49,705 bases of DNA from Bacteroidota bacterium (GTDB lineage Bacteria > Bacteroidota > Ignavibacteria > UBA10030 > UBA8401): positions 1-49,705 of the forward strand of contig JANONI010000194.1 in assembly GCA_031420755.1 (NCBI GenBank), read 5' to 3'. A program made the position numbers and the translations under genes. The notes under the pieces were generated by a model that saw nothing but the letters and a program-made list of their open reading frames with translations, had not been told where the DNA came from and did no database searches. Shown one piece after another: positions 9,197 through 19,894 of the stretch. Every line of letters begins with the position of its first letter. Positions within the stretch are counted from its first letter, which is position 1.

Positions 9197-9769
9197 ATGA
9201 TAATGAAATCAAAAATAATACTGCGGGAACAATTAAAAAATCAACGAGAGGAACTTTCCAAAAAGGATTGTCGTGAACGTTCGGCATTGATCCTTGATAA
9301 TTTAGTTTCAATGCCCGAATTTTTTCGTGCAGACGTTGTTCACACATACATTTCATCAAAAAAAAATGAAGTAGATACGCATGAACTTATTCGTATGCTG
9401 CTGAAACAAAAGAAACGCGTCGTTGCTCCGATTGCTGATAAGGCAACAAAACAAATGAAGCATTCCGAATTATTTTCATTGAGCGAACTTGTTGGTGGTG
9501 CTTACGGAATTTTAGAACCACGGATGTATCGACCTGTACCGGTATCCGATATTCAAGTTATTATTGTTCCGGCTCTTGCAGTTGATAGAAAAGGGAACAG
9601 ACTCGGTTTTGGCGCGGGATTTTACGATCGATTCCTTCACGATGTCCGGCTACCTACAATCTCTCTCGTTTATGATTTCCAAATAGTACAGGAAGTTCCT
9701 CAAGAATCAACAGATGTTCCGGTCTCTTTTGTCGTAACAGAAAATGAAATCATTCGCTGCCGCAACTAA
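9197..9769 (+). CDS. 5-formyltetrahydrofolate cyclo-ligase
   Basis: 190 aa. The motif RLGFGAGFYDRFL (G-x-G-x-G-[FY]-Y-D-R) and the N-terminal REQLKNQR..LS region are typical of the MTHFS family. Confidence 0.85.
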   Translation: MIMKSKIILREQLKNQREELSKKDCRERSALILDNLVSMPEFFRADVVHTYISSKKNEVDTHELIRMLLKQKKRVVAPIADKATKQMKHSELFSLSELVGGAYGILEPRMYRPVPVSDIQVIIVPALAVDRKGNRLGFGAGFYDRFLHDVRLPTISLVYDFQIVQEVPQESTDVPVSFVVTENEIIRCRN

Positions 9770-9813
9770 TTATTTACGATAGCGTAAGAGTTTAAGTACT
9801 AGAAGGAGTGCAT

Positions 9814-10521
9814 ATGAACAATCAACGATTATTTCGATCGCAAACCAATAAAGTGTTTGCAGGTGTCTGCGGCGGGTTGGCAGAATATTTTGATGTTGAC
9901 CCCCTTGTTATTCGTTTACTGTTTGTCTTAATGGTGCTATTCGGCGGAACCGGAATTGTGCTTTATATAGCAGCAATTTTTATCGTTCCAAAAAAACCGT
10001 TTGTAGTTGCAGAACCACCAACCGCAACAGAAAACGTTCCCCAATATCCAAAAAACACAAATGCCAGGAATTGGTTTGGAATAGCACTTGTTGCTGCTGG
10101 TGTAATTCTCTTATTGGCGAATCTTGATGTTTTCCATTTCTTTAATTTTATTGAAGGAGCATTTGAATTTATTTTTCCGGTATTGTTGATTATCGGTGGA
10201 ATGGCTGTCATTTATTATCGACAATCGCAGATTGAAAATTTAAATGATGAAATGAAAAACAATTCTTCACCAGAATCTACAGCTTCACCTGAAACATCTT
10301 TTCAATCACGATCATATCGTGAGTTTAGACGTTCACTAGTTGATAAAAAATTATTCGGAGTTTGCGGCGGATTGGCGCAATATTTCGGAATTGATTCCAG
10401 TTTGATTAGAATGTTATATGTTGTTCTCTGTCTTGCATCGTTTGGTGCCGGATTTGTTCTCTATGTATTAATAGCAATTGTAGTACCGTATGAAAATGTT
10501 GTCAATGCGCGGGTGCCATAA
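9814..10521 (+). CDS. PspC-domain membrane protein carrying two PspC domains
   Basis: An N-terminal domain (LFRSQTNKVFAGVCGGLAEYFDVDPLVIRLLFVL...VP) and a second C-terminal domain (LVDKKLFGVCGGLAQYFGIDSSLIRMLYVV...VP). The start was moved to the ATG at 9814, 8 nt after AGGAG at 9803-9807; the ORF track uses the GTG at 9808. Confidence 0.75.
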   Translation: MNNQRLFRSQTNKVFAGVCGGLAEYFDVDPLVIRLLFVLMVLFGGTGIVLYIAAIFIVPKKPFVVAEPPTATENVPQYPKNTNARNWFGIALVAAGVILLLANLDVFHFFNFIEGAFEFIFPVLLIIGGMAVIYYRQSQIENLNDEMKNNSSPESTASPETSFQSRSYREFRRSLVDKKLFGVCGGLAQYFGIDSSLIRMLYVVLCLASFGAGFVLYVLIAIVVPYENVVNARVP

Positions 10522-11036
10522 TGGATAAACAACAAATAAAACGTATTCCGGTGTTTGGCATTGTTCTCGTTGTTCTTGGAGTGGGATTATTGTTGCGGCA
10601 GTTACACATCGTCCATCTCGATGGCGGATCAATGCTGCTGTTCGGTTTGATCGTGTACGGAGGGATAATGATCATTCGTTCATTTGTTACAAATGTCCGA
10701 CAGTCGTTATTTTTCGGAAGTTTATGTTTTTATTCCGGGATAGTTCTCTTGTTGGGGAAATATGGTTTTATTGAAAATACTCCGTTTACGTATGTTCCGG
10801 GATTTTTAATCGCATTCGGGCTATCATTTTTGATGTTATTCATTTTTACATTCACCGAATTTCATCTTCTTGTTCCGGCGTTCATCTTCATCGGTCTTGG
10901 AACAGCTTTTATGATGACGGAGATTGGATTCTTATATCCCAGCGATATTAAAGAAGCTATCCGAACATATTGGCCTGTTGCGATTATTCTATTTGGTGTG
11001 TTGATGCTTTTTTCAAGGAAAGAAAAGAAAATATAA
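10521..11036 (+). CDS. Polytopic membrane protein, possibly LiaF/LiaI-like (DUF5668-type)
   Basis: 171 aa with 5-6 hydrophobic segments and an N-terminal VFGIVLVVLGVGLLLRQL motif. Its ATG overlaps the PspC-gene stop (ATAATG). The family call is by resemblance only. Confidence 0.45.
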   Translation: MDKQQIKRIPVFGIVLVVLGVGLLLRQLHIVHLDGGSMLLFGLIVYGGIMIIRSFVTNVRQSLFFGSLCFYSGIVLLLGKYGFIENTPFTYVPGFLIAFGLSFLMLFIFTFTEFHLLVPAFIFIGLGTAFMMTEIGFLYPSDIKEAIRTYWPVAIILFGVLMLFSRKEKKI

Positions 11037-11182
11037 TATTGAAAAAAAAACATTCACCGCGCCTGCCCGCCTCTTTGCTTTACTATGGCAGGCGGGGATA
11101 ACACGGAAAAAACGCGAATTTTCACAGATGGTATCCGCGTTTTCCGCAATAAAAAAAATTAGGAACTGATTCTATAAATTCG

Positions 11183-13993
11183 CTAGTGCGCTTCCAACCA
11201 ATCTTTGCCAACACCAATTTCAACTTCCAAGGGAACGTTTAACGGCATCGCTGTCCGCATCTGTTCTTCAACCAATTTTTTCATTGCTGTTTCTTCATTC
11301 TTCACAACATCAAATACCAATTCATCATGAACTTGCAGTATCATTTTGCTCATGAGATTTTTTGATTTCAGTTCACGATGAATTCCAATCATCGCAAGTT
11401 TTATCATATCCGCCGCAGTTCCCTGTATCGGCATATTAATAGCCTGCCGTTCAGCATTCCCGCGGATATTTTGATTCTTATTGTTGATATCAGGTAAATA
11501 TCTCCGCCGGCCTTTCAATGTTTCAACAAATCCATTGCTATGGGCAGAAGCGATTGTCTCTGAAATATATTGGTTCACTTTTGGGAAGCGTTCGAAATAT
11601 TTTTGAATGATCTCTTTTGCTTCGGATTGCGTGATATCTAAACGCGCCGCCAGTCCGAACGGACCGATACCATACATAATTCCAAAATTTACTTCCTTTG
11701 CTTTACGACGCATATCCCGCGTAATATCTTTTTGATTGACGCCGAAGACTTTTGCCGCCGTTGAGGAATGAATATCTTCATGGTTATTGAATGCATCAAG
11801 AAGTCCTTGATCGCCGGAAATATGCGCCATAATTCTCAACTCGATCTGCGAATAATCGGCGGAGAGAATTAGAGAATTCTTGTTTGATGGAATGAATGCC
11901 TTTCGCATTTTTCTTCCCAGTTCCGTACGGATTGGAATGTTTTGCAGATTGGGATCGCTGCTGGAAAGCCGTCCCGTAGCTGCAACAGTTTGATTGAATG
12001 ATGTATGAACTTTTTCTGTGAGAGGATGAATCAGTTTTGGCAACGCATCAACATACGTTGATTTCAATTTTTGTAATTGCCGGTATTCCAATAACTGTTC
12101 TACGATTGGATGTTCTTTTCGTAACGCTTCCAGAACGGCAACATCGGTTGAAAATCCTGTCTTTGTTTTTTTAACTGAACGGAGTTTCAGTTTTTCAAAA
12201 AGAATTTTTGCCAATTGCTGAGTGGAATTGATATTGAACTTCTCATCGGCAAGTTGATAAATCTTTTTGATCAGGTCATCTAATGTTGCGCCTATTTCTC
12301 CCGACATTATTGAGAGAAATGAAACATCGATCTTTACACCGGAGATTTCCATAGCACTCAGCACTTCGATCAATGGAAACTCGATCTCTGTGCAAAGCGT
12401 CTTTAAACCGTTCGACGATAACTTATCGTGCAAAACATCCACAATCTGAAGTGTAATGTCGGCATCTTCCGCGGAGTAATTACCAACTTCATCAACCGGA
12501 ATATCACGGATGTCTTTCTTGCCGTCATTAGTTAATTCGTTAAAAGAGACCATTTTGTAATTCAACAATTCTACGGCAAGGGAATCCAGGGAGTGCTGCT
12601 TATCGGAGCGGAGAACATAGGCTGCGATCATTGTGTCGAAGCCGATTCCTGAGACAATAATTCCTTTTGTTGAAAGAACGAGTGAATCATATTTTATATT
12701 CTGTCCGTACTTTTTTATTTTTTCATTTTCAAATATCGGTTTGAAATCCTTAACGACTCGTTCAATTGGAAAACCTTCACGTTTTCTTTCGGTCTTTCCG
12801 CTGAAAAGATCGTCGCCGATTTCCTGAACCGTATCATCGATAACCGGAAGGTAGTAAGCATTTTGTTTTTCAAGTGCAAATGCAATGCCAACCAGTTCTG
12901 CCCGAAGTGCATCGGTTGAAGTTGTTTCGGTATCAAACACGAATGCTTTTGCTTTTTTAAGCTCTCCCAACAATTTTAAGTATTCAGCATCTTTTTTTAT
13001 GACGATATAATTGTGTTTTGTAGAATTGATATCCGGTAAGACTGTTGTTTCTTCTTCAACAAGTTCACTTTTCTTCTCAGTCAAATTTTCAACAACACCT
13101 TTTTCTTTTCCGAAGGACACTGCGTGCAACCTTCGGGCAAAGGTTTTAAACTCCAGATGTTCATAAAGTTTAATCAGTCCTGCTACATCTTTATCTTTTG
13201 CTTGTAGATGATGAAGGTCAACATTTATCGGAACATTGATATCGATCGTCACTAATTGTTTAGAGAGGAGTGCAAGCTCTTTGTTGTTGCGGAGTTTTTC
13301 CTGCAATCCTTTTTGAGGAATGGAATCAACATTTGCCAGAATATTTTCAATGGTTTTATATTTTAGAACAAGCGGAAGAGCTGTTTTCGGTCCGACCCCC
13401 GGAACGCCGGGAATATTATCGGCAGTATCGCCGATAAGTCCGAGCATATCAATCACTTGATCGGGATGGACACCGAATTTTGTCATCACACCTTCTTCAC
13501 CGACAATTTCATCGTCACTTCCAAATTTTCCGGGACGATAAATTTTCACTCTGTTTGAAACAAGCTGCATAAAATCTTTGTCGGAGGTGACGAGGAAGGT
13601 ATCAATATTTTCTTTTTCTGCGCGCTTCGCCAATGTCCCCATAATGTCATCCGCTTCGTAGCCGTCAAGTTCAAGAACAGGAACATTGAACGCCTTCACA
13701 ACATCTTTCAGATAACTGAGTGAAGCTGCCAGATCATCCGGCATTTTGTTGCGCGTTGCCTTGTATTCCTTATATGCAACGTGACGAAACGTTGGATGTT
13801 CCGTATCGAACACGGCGGCGATGTAATCCGGTTTTTGTTCGTCAAGAATTTTGTTGAGATAATTAACAAAGCCGTAGATTGCGCTGGTATTTTCACCTTT
13901 GGAATTGATGAGAGGATTTTGGGCAAACGCGAAATACGAACGATACGCGATTCCCATCGAATCGATGAGATAGAGTGTCTCTTTACGTTTCAT
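11183..13993 (-). CDS. polA: DNA polymerase I (5' nuclease + 3'-5' exonuclease + polymerase domains)
   Basis: 936 aa with a 5' nuclease N-terminus (LIDSMGIAYRSYFA, GVPGVGPKTA), Exo I (FDTETTS), and polymerase motifs DYSQIELRIMAH, RRKAKEVNFGIMYG and QVHDELVF. Confidence 0.96.
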   Translation of the reverse strand: MKRKETLYLIDSMGIAYRSYFAFAQNPLINSKGENTSAIYGFVNYLNKILDEQKPDYIAAVFDTEHPTFRHVAYKEYKATRNKMPDDLAASLSYLKDVVKAFNVPVLELDGYEADDIMGTLAKRAEKENIDTFLVTSDKDFMQLVSNRVKIYRPGKFGSDDEIVGEEGVMTKFGVHPDQVIDMLGLIGDTADNIPGVPGVGPKTALPLVLKYKTIENILANVDSIPQKGLQEKLRNNKELALLSKQLVTIDINVPINVDLHHLQAKDKDVAGLIKLYEHLEFKTFARRLHAVSFGKEKGVVENLTEKKSELVEEETTVLPDINSTKHNYIVIKKDAEYLKLLGELKKAKAFVFDTETTSTDALRAELVGIAFALEKQNAYYLPVIDDTVQEIGDDLFSGKTERKREGFPIERVVKDFKPIFENEKIKKYGQNIKYDSLVLSTKGIIVSGIGFDTMIAAYVLRSDKQHSLDSLAVELLNYKMVSFNELTNDGKKDIRDIPVDEVGNYSAEDADITLQIVDVLHDKLSSNGLKTLCTEIEFPLIEVLSAMEISGVKIDVSFLSIMSGEIGATLDDLIKKIYQLADEKFNINSTQQLAKILFEKLKLRSVKKTKTGFSTDVAVLEALRKEHPIVEQLLEYRQLQKLKSTYVDALPKLIHPLTEKVHTSFNQTVAATGRLSSSDPNLQNIPIRTELGRKMRKAFIPSNKNSLILSADYSQIELRIMAHISGDQGLLDAFNNHEDIHSSTAAKVFGVNQKDITRDMRRKAKEVNFGIMYGIGPFGLAARLDITQSEAKEIIQKYFERFPKVNQYISETIASAHSNGFVETLKGRRRYLPDINNKNQNIRGNAERQAINMPIQGTAADMIKLAMIGIHRELKSKNLMSKMILQVHDELVFDVVKNEETAMKKLVEEQMRTAMPLNVPLEVEIGVGKDWLEAH

Positions 13994-14151
13994 AGAATTT
14001 CATAGTGAAGTAAAGTTAAAGTATATTGAAACAAATTTTCCGTGTGAATGAATATACCAAAAGTTGGTGAACGAAAAAATTCTTAGATTTCGAAAAAAGT
14101 ATATATCTGCCACTAAAACACTAAAGCACAAAGGTGTTGTTCAAAGGTAAA

Positions 14152-14249
14152 GAACTTGTGTCAAAAGTCAAATTTTGCGAAACACATCCCCGAAATCTTT
14201 AAGATTTCGGGGATGTTAACGCTGAAAAAATAATTTTGACACAGTCTCT
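14152..14249 (+). repeat. Nested-palindrome intergenic repeat, copy 2
   Basis: Outer arms GAACTTGTGTCAAAA (14152-14166) and TTTTGACACAGTCTC (14235-14249). The inner hairpin is ACATCCCCGAAATC (14184-14197) with GATTTCGGGGATGT (14203-14216). The spacers GTCAAATTTTGCGAAAC and TAACGCTGAAAAAATAA match the reverse complement of copy 1. Confidence 0.9.
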
Positions 14250-14260
14250 AAAACTTTGTG

Positions 14261-14317
14261 CCTACGGCTCGTAGAGAAAATTTTGTGTTGTAGTGACTTT
14301 GTCTACGACCCGTAGGG
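14261..14317. repeat. Short palindromic modules (CTACG..CGTAG type and GCCACTAAAGCACAAA type) flanking repeat copy 2
   Basis: CCTACGGCTCGTAGAG (14261-14276) and GTCTACGACCCGTAGGG (14301-14317) form an inverted pair. TTTTGTGTTGTAGTGAC (14281-14297) is an imperfect inverted partner of GCCACTAAAACACTAAAGCACAAA (14109-14132). The same modules recur at 46087-46256, and a related one at 1431-1447. Confidence 0.7.
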
Positions 14318-14345
14318 TGGCGAAGTTATTTCTTCTAAGTAAAAT

Positions 14346-15206
14346 ATGAATATCTACATCATCATTATCATTCAGCAAATGATAGCCGGAGGAACGCACC
14401 TTGTTGCCAAAACGGTGACTCAGGATGTTAATCCTGTTGTCTTGACGTTCTTGCGGAACTGCATTTCACTTTTTGTATTGCTTATTATATTTTTCGCAAA
14501 AGAAAAACGGATAAAAGTAGAGAAGAAAGACCTAAAACAATTGCTCTGGTTGTCAGTTCTTGCAGTTCCGTTGAATCAATTCTTATATCTGTATGGAATC
14601 AAATTCACTCTCGCATCGAACGGTGCGCTGTTGTATGCAACAACACCTGCGTTAATTTTAATTCTATCGTATTTTTTGCTTTCAGAACCACTGACAAGAA
14701 AAAAAATTCTCGGCGTTTTCGTTGCATTCATCGGTGTTGCAATAGTTATGTTCGAGCGAGGCATCGATTTTGCATCGGATTATTTCTATGGCAATGTGAT
14801 GATCTTTCTTGCAGTGATTGCATGGACGTTATTTGCAATTCAAGGGAAGAAACTGGTTATAAAATACGGTGCTTTTCATATCACTGCACTTTCGATGATT
14901 GGCGGTGCGGCGATGTTTCTTCCTGTAGGTATTATTGAATTTGCGTGGCATGGATTACCAACAATCACGTTTGGCAACTGGATGAGTATTTTGTATCTGA
15001 GCTTGGGAACATCGGTTGTTTCATATATCCTGTGGTTCTATGCGCTCGGTAAACTTGATACGACAAAAGTTGCGGTCTTTGCCAATGCGCAGCCAATTTT
15101 TACGACAATTATGGCAGTCATATTTTTACATCAGCCGATTACAACAATATTCGTTGTTGGCGGAGTAATTACAATTGCGGGAGTGTTGTTGACGCAGAGG
15201 AAATAA
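14346..15206 (+). CDS. EamA/DMT family transporter
   Basis: 286 aa with 10 predicted TM segments arranged as two EamA repeats (GGTHLVAK.. / ..VVSYILWFYALGKLD). Confidence 0.8.
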   Translation: MNIYIIIIIQQMIAGGTHLVAKTVTQDVNPVVLTFLRNCISLFVLLIIFFAKEKRIKVEKKDLKQLLWLSVLAVPLNQFLYLYGIKFTLASNGALLYATTPALILILSYFLLSEPLTRKKILGVFVAFIGVAIVMFERGIDFASDYFYGNVMIFLAVIAWTLFAIQGKKLVIKYGAFHITALSMIGGAAMFLPVGIIEFAWHGLPTITFGNWMSILYLSLGTSVVSYILWFYALGKLDTTKVAVFANAQPIFTTIMAVIFLHQPITTIFVVGGVITIAGVLLTQRK

Positions 15207-15295
15207 AGTTGATACCGTTAAATAAAAGAATTACATTTGCGTGACGATTGAATTCGTGGGAAGACAAATAGAAGACTTTTTACGGATTTTTTTGA

Positions 15296-15490
15296 CTAAA
15301 ACTGCAAAAAAGAAGAAAAAGAATCCTCCCAAAAAAAGGCGGACGGGGGGAACCGTTAGTAAAGAAGCTCTGGGCTGCTGCTGACAAACTCCGCAAAACT
15401 ATGGATGCGGCGGAGTATAAACATATTGTCTTAGGCTTGATATTTCTCAAATTACTTGTAATCGTTCGGTTTCTTTTTTTGTTCGCATAA
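15296..15490 (+). pseudogene. hsdM: Remnant of the N-terminus of a type I restriction-modification methylase (HsdM)
   Basis: Frame 2 reads ...[30 protein letters not shown] at 15362-15451, the conserved HsdM N-terminal motif ([29 protein letters not shown]). Similarity ends at 15452 and a stop follows at 15488. There is no in-frame ATG upstream, and a lysine-rich leader sits in a different frame (TTG at 15292). More than 90% of a normal ~500-aa HsdM is missing. Confidence 0.6.
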
Positions 15491-15677
15491 ATTATTCTTT
15501 GCATGTCGAGAGTTCTTTCGTTGTGAAAAAAACTCCTAACTACCTGACATTTCTATTTAGCTTCTGCAAACACCAGCAGTACACTATTGATGACCGGAGG
15601 ATTGCCGGGCTTGCTTTCCATAAAATCTTTCGTTAAAAAGAATTAAAAAATTATCACGATAAAAAAGGGGAAACCAC

Positions 15678-17231
15678 ATGAAGAACCGCTTATTTCCGTT
15701 GTTTTTGGTCTGCCAAATGTTCCTGAGCGCGAATCTGTTTTCACAGTCGCTTCCGAGGGATTTCGATACCTATGTTGAAAAAGTTTTGAAAACATTCAAT
15801 GTTCCCGGTGTTTCTGTCGCCATTGTAAAAGATGGAAAAGTTGTTCTTGCAAAAGGATACGGCGTTAAAACAATTGGAACGAATGATAAGGTTGACAGCA
15901 AAACAAATTTCAGCATCGCATCAAACACCAAAGCGTTTGTCGGAACTTCACTCGGTATGCTTGTTGATGAAGGGAAAATAAAATGGAACGATCGCGTAGT
16001 AGATCATCTTCCGTGGTTTCAACTTTCCGATCCGTACGTAACGCGTGAAATGAGAATTATCGATCTGCTTGTGCATCGCAGCGGACTTGGTCTTGGTGCT
16101 GGAGACCTTCTTATTTGGCCAACGAACACATACAAACAAAAAGATGTTGTGAAACGATTTAAGAATATTCCTCTTGCAACAAGTTTTCGCAGCACCTATG
16201 CGTATGACAATATTCTCTATCTCATCGCGGGGGAAGTGATCGAAACCGTCAGCGGCATGCCGTGGGATGAATTTGTTCGAACACGAATATTTTCTAAACT
16301 TGGAATGAACAACAGCACGCTTACATTTATGGAAGCAATAAAAAAAGGGAACGTTGCAACTCCGCATGCTGAGATCGATGGCATTGTTAGACCTGTTGCA
16401 GCATCAGACAGTGACAAAACAAATCCTGCTGCAAGCATCAACACCAATGCGGATGATATTGCAAAATGGATGATCTGCCAGATCGATTCGGGAAAACTTT
16501 CCGGCGGAACAACTCTTTTTACTCCTGAAACTGCTCGTCAGCTTTGGTCTGTTATTACACCGATACCTGTTTCAAAGGTTGCAAAAGAACTTGCACCATT
16601 GCAGCCGAATTTTTCCGGTTATGGCGGCGGATTTGGTGTGCGTGATTATCGTGGAAAAAAACTTGTATCACACACCGGCGGGTTAAGCGGATTCGTTTCG
16701 TTTGTTGCGATGATCCCTGAAATTCGGGCAGGTGTTGCTGTATTTACAAACCAAGAAGTGGGCGGTGCGTTTTACTCCATCGGATATCGAACACTCGATC
16801 ATTTTCTCGGCACAAGTTATGATTGGACTGCGGCATACAAAGCAGTTAAAGATAGAAGCGATTCGTTAACCAATGTTGCGGATAATAAAACAGCATCAAC
16901 TCGTGATTCACTTTCAAAACCGTCACTGCCGCTTGCGAAATACGCCGGAAAATATTCCGATGCGTGGTACGGTGATATTACAATAGAATTAAAAGATGGT
17001 AAATTATTTATGCAGATGATTCCAACACCGTCTCTTGGCGGATATTTGGAACATTATCAATACAATACATTCAACGCACGGTGGAGTGATCCTGAAATGC
17101 GCGCAGATGCGTTCGTTACATTCTCATTAAATCCTGATGGAAGCATAGAGCATGCAAAGATGAAAGCTGTTTCTCCCGCTACCGATTTTAGTTTTGATTT
17201 TCATGATCTGTTGTTGAAGCCGGTAAAGTAG
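15678..17231 (+). CDS. Secreted serine hydrolase, beta-lactamase/PBP4* (class C-like) family with C-terminal DUF3471-like domain
   Basis: Signal peptide MKNRLFPLFLVCQMFLSANLFSQ, an SxxK motif (SIASNTKAF), YxN (YAYDN), and HTGG in the KTG position. Confidence 0.8.
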   Translation: MKNRLFPLFLVCQMFLSANLFSQSLPRDFDTYVEKVLKTFNVPGVSVAIVKDGKVVLAKGYGVKTIGTNDKVDSKTNFSIASNTKAFVGTSLGMLVDEGKIKWNDRVVDHLPWFQLSDPYVTREMRIIDLLVHRSGLGLGAGDLLIWPTNTYKQKDVVKRFKNIPLATSFRSTYAYDNILYLIAGEVIETVSGMPWDEFVRTRIFSKLGMNNSTLTFMEAIKKGNVATPHAEIDGIVRPVAASDSDKTNPAASINTNADDIAKWMICQIDSGKLSGGTTLFTPETARQLWSVITPIPVSKVAKELAPLQPNFSGYGGGFGVRDYRGKKLVSHTGGLSGFVSFVAMIPEIRAGVAVFTNQEVGGAFYSIGYRTLDHFLGTSYDWTAAYKAVKDRSDSLTNVADNKTASTRDSLSKPSLPLAKYAGKYSDAWYGDITIELKDGKLFMQMIPTPSLGGYLEHYQYNTFNARWSDPEMRADAFVTFSLNPDGSIEHAKMKAVSPATDFSFDFHDLLLKPVK

Positions 17232-17243
17232 AAAGGATGTTCA

Positions 17244-18215
17244 TTGAACTACGATATTATTATTGTCGGCGCAGGTCCCGCCGGATTATCTGTTGCTATA
17301 GAAGCTCAAAAATCCGGTGTGAAATATTTGGTTCTTGAAAAGGGTGGAATTGTCAATTCAATCCAAAATTTCCCTGCAGAGATGTCGTTCTTTTCTACGC
17401 CGGAGCTTTTGGAAATTGGCGGGCTGCCTTTTTCATCGGCACAAATGCGACCTGTTCGTGCTGAAGGATTAGAATATTACACTCGAGTTGCAGATTTCTA
17501 TAAACTAAAATGTAATTTTTTTGAACCGGTAACTTCAATTAAAAAGAGTGGAGTAAACTTTTTAGTTCAATCGGCAAAATTCTCTTATGAAACAAAGACA
17601 GTGGTTCTTGCAACAGGGTATTATGACAATCCAAATTTTTTGAATATTCCCGGAGAGTCACTCTCCAAAGTTTCGCATTATTATGACGAGCCGTACTCTT
17701 TTTATCGCCAGCATGTTCTTGTGATTGGCGCAAAAAATTCTGCCGCAATTGCTGCGCTGGAATTATATCGCCACGGTGCGCATGTAACGCTTGTTCATCG
17801 CGGCGAATCGCTTTCGGATAAAATAAAATATTGGATCAAGCCGGATATTGAAAACAGGATTAACGAAGGTGCGATCAAAGCATTATTCAATACTACAGTG
17901 CAGGAAATTAAAGAAACATCGGCTGTTCTTTTAAACTCATACACCGAACGTGTTGAAATAGAAAATGATTTTGTGTTTGCCCTTACCGGTTATCATCCGG
18001 ATTATGATTTTCTTCGGTCCTGCGGAATAGAGTTAAATGGAACTGATTCGACTCCTATGCAAAATAGCGACACATTGGAAACGAATATTTCTGGACTGTA
18101 TGTTGCAGGATCGATAATAGCAGGGAAGAATAACAATTCAATTTTTATTGAAAATGGGCGTCTTCACGGAAAAATTATCATTGATTCGATAAAACAGAAG
18201 ATATCTTCCTTCTAA
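17244..18215 (+). CDS. ypdA: YpdA-family FAD-dependent disulfide reductase (putative bacillithiol disulfide reductase)
   Basis: IIIVGAGPAGLS, VLEKGGIVNSIQNFP..MSFFSTPELLEIGGLPF, ATGYYDNPNFLNIPGE, NDFVFALTGYHPDYDFL and IFIENGRLHG closely track Bacillus YpdA. It uses a TTG start. Confidence 0.85.
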   Translation: MNYDIIIVGAGPAGLSVAIEAQKSGVKYLVLEKGGIVNSIQNFPAEMSFFSTPELLEIGGLPFSSAQMRPVRAEGLEYYTRVADFYKLKCNFFEPVTSIKKSGVNFLVQSAKFSYETKTVVLATGYYDNPNFLNIPGESLSKVSHYYDEPYSFYRQHVLVIGAKNSAAIAALELYRHGAHVTLVHRGESLSDKIKYWIKPDIENRINEGAIKALFNTTVQEIKETSAVLLNSYTERVEIENDFVFALTGYHPDYDFLRSCGIELNGTDSTPMQNSDTLETNISGLYVAGSIIAGKNNNSIFIENGRLHGKIIIDSIKQKISSF

Positions 18216-18373
18216 AGATTTTCCGTAACTTCTCAGCATAAAAAAATCCGCTGAGTAATTACGATTTCCCTTCAGTACAATTCGGAGATGAAGATTCCTA
18301 AAGTTTTACATTGTTTATCTTCCAAAATCTCCCTATTTTACTACACTTTTGAAGTAAATAACAAACTATCTGA

Positions 18374-19801
<1,428 letters not shown>

Positions 19802-19894
19802 TATTTATGGGCATCCCTAAAATCTATTTGATTGTTCCTTAAAAATTATAAAACCTTGCGCAGATTACATTTTGATGTTTTTAGAGATGCCCTT

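Noticed and set aside
11062-11096. GC-rich hairpin CCTGCCCGCC...GGCAGGCGGG after the LiaF-like gene, and a second stem CGGAAAAAACGCG...CGCGTTTTCCG at about 11103-11148 near the polA 3' end
   Set aside because: Both stems are imperfect and neither is followed by a T-run in the appropriate orientation. They may be terminators, but the evidence is too weak to list as features.
15280-15504. 74-aa minus-strand ORF
   Set aside because: It is the antisense shadow of the HsdM N-terminal remnant, since the recognisable protein motif is on the + strand.
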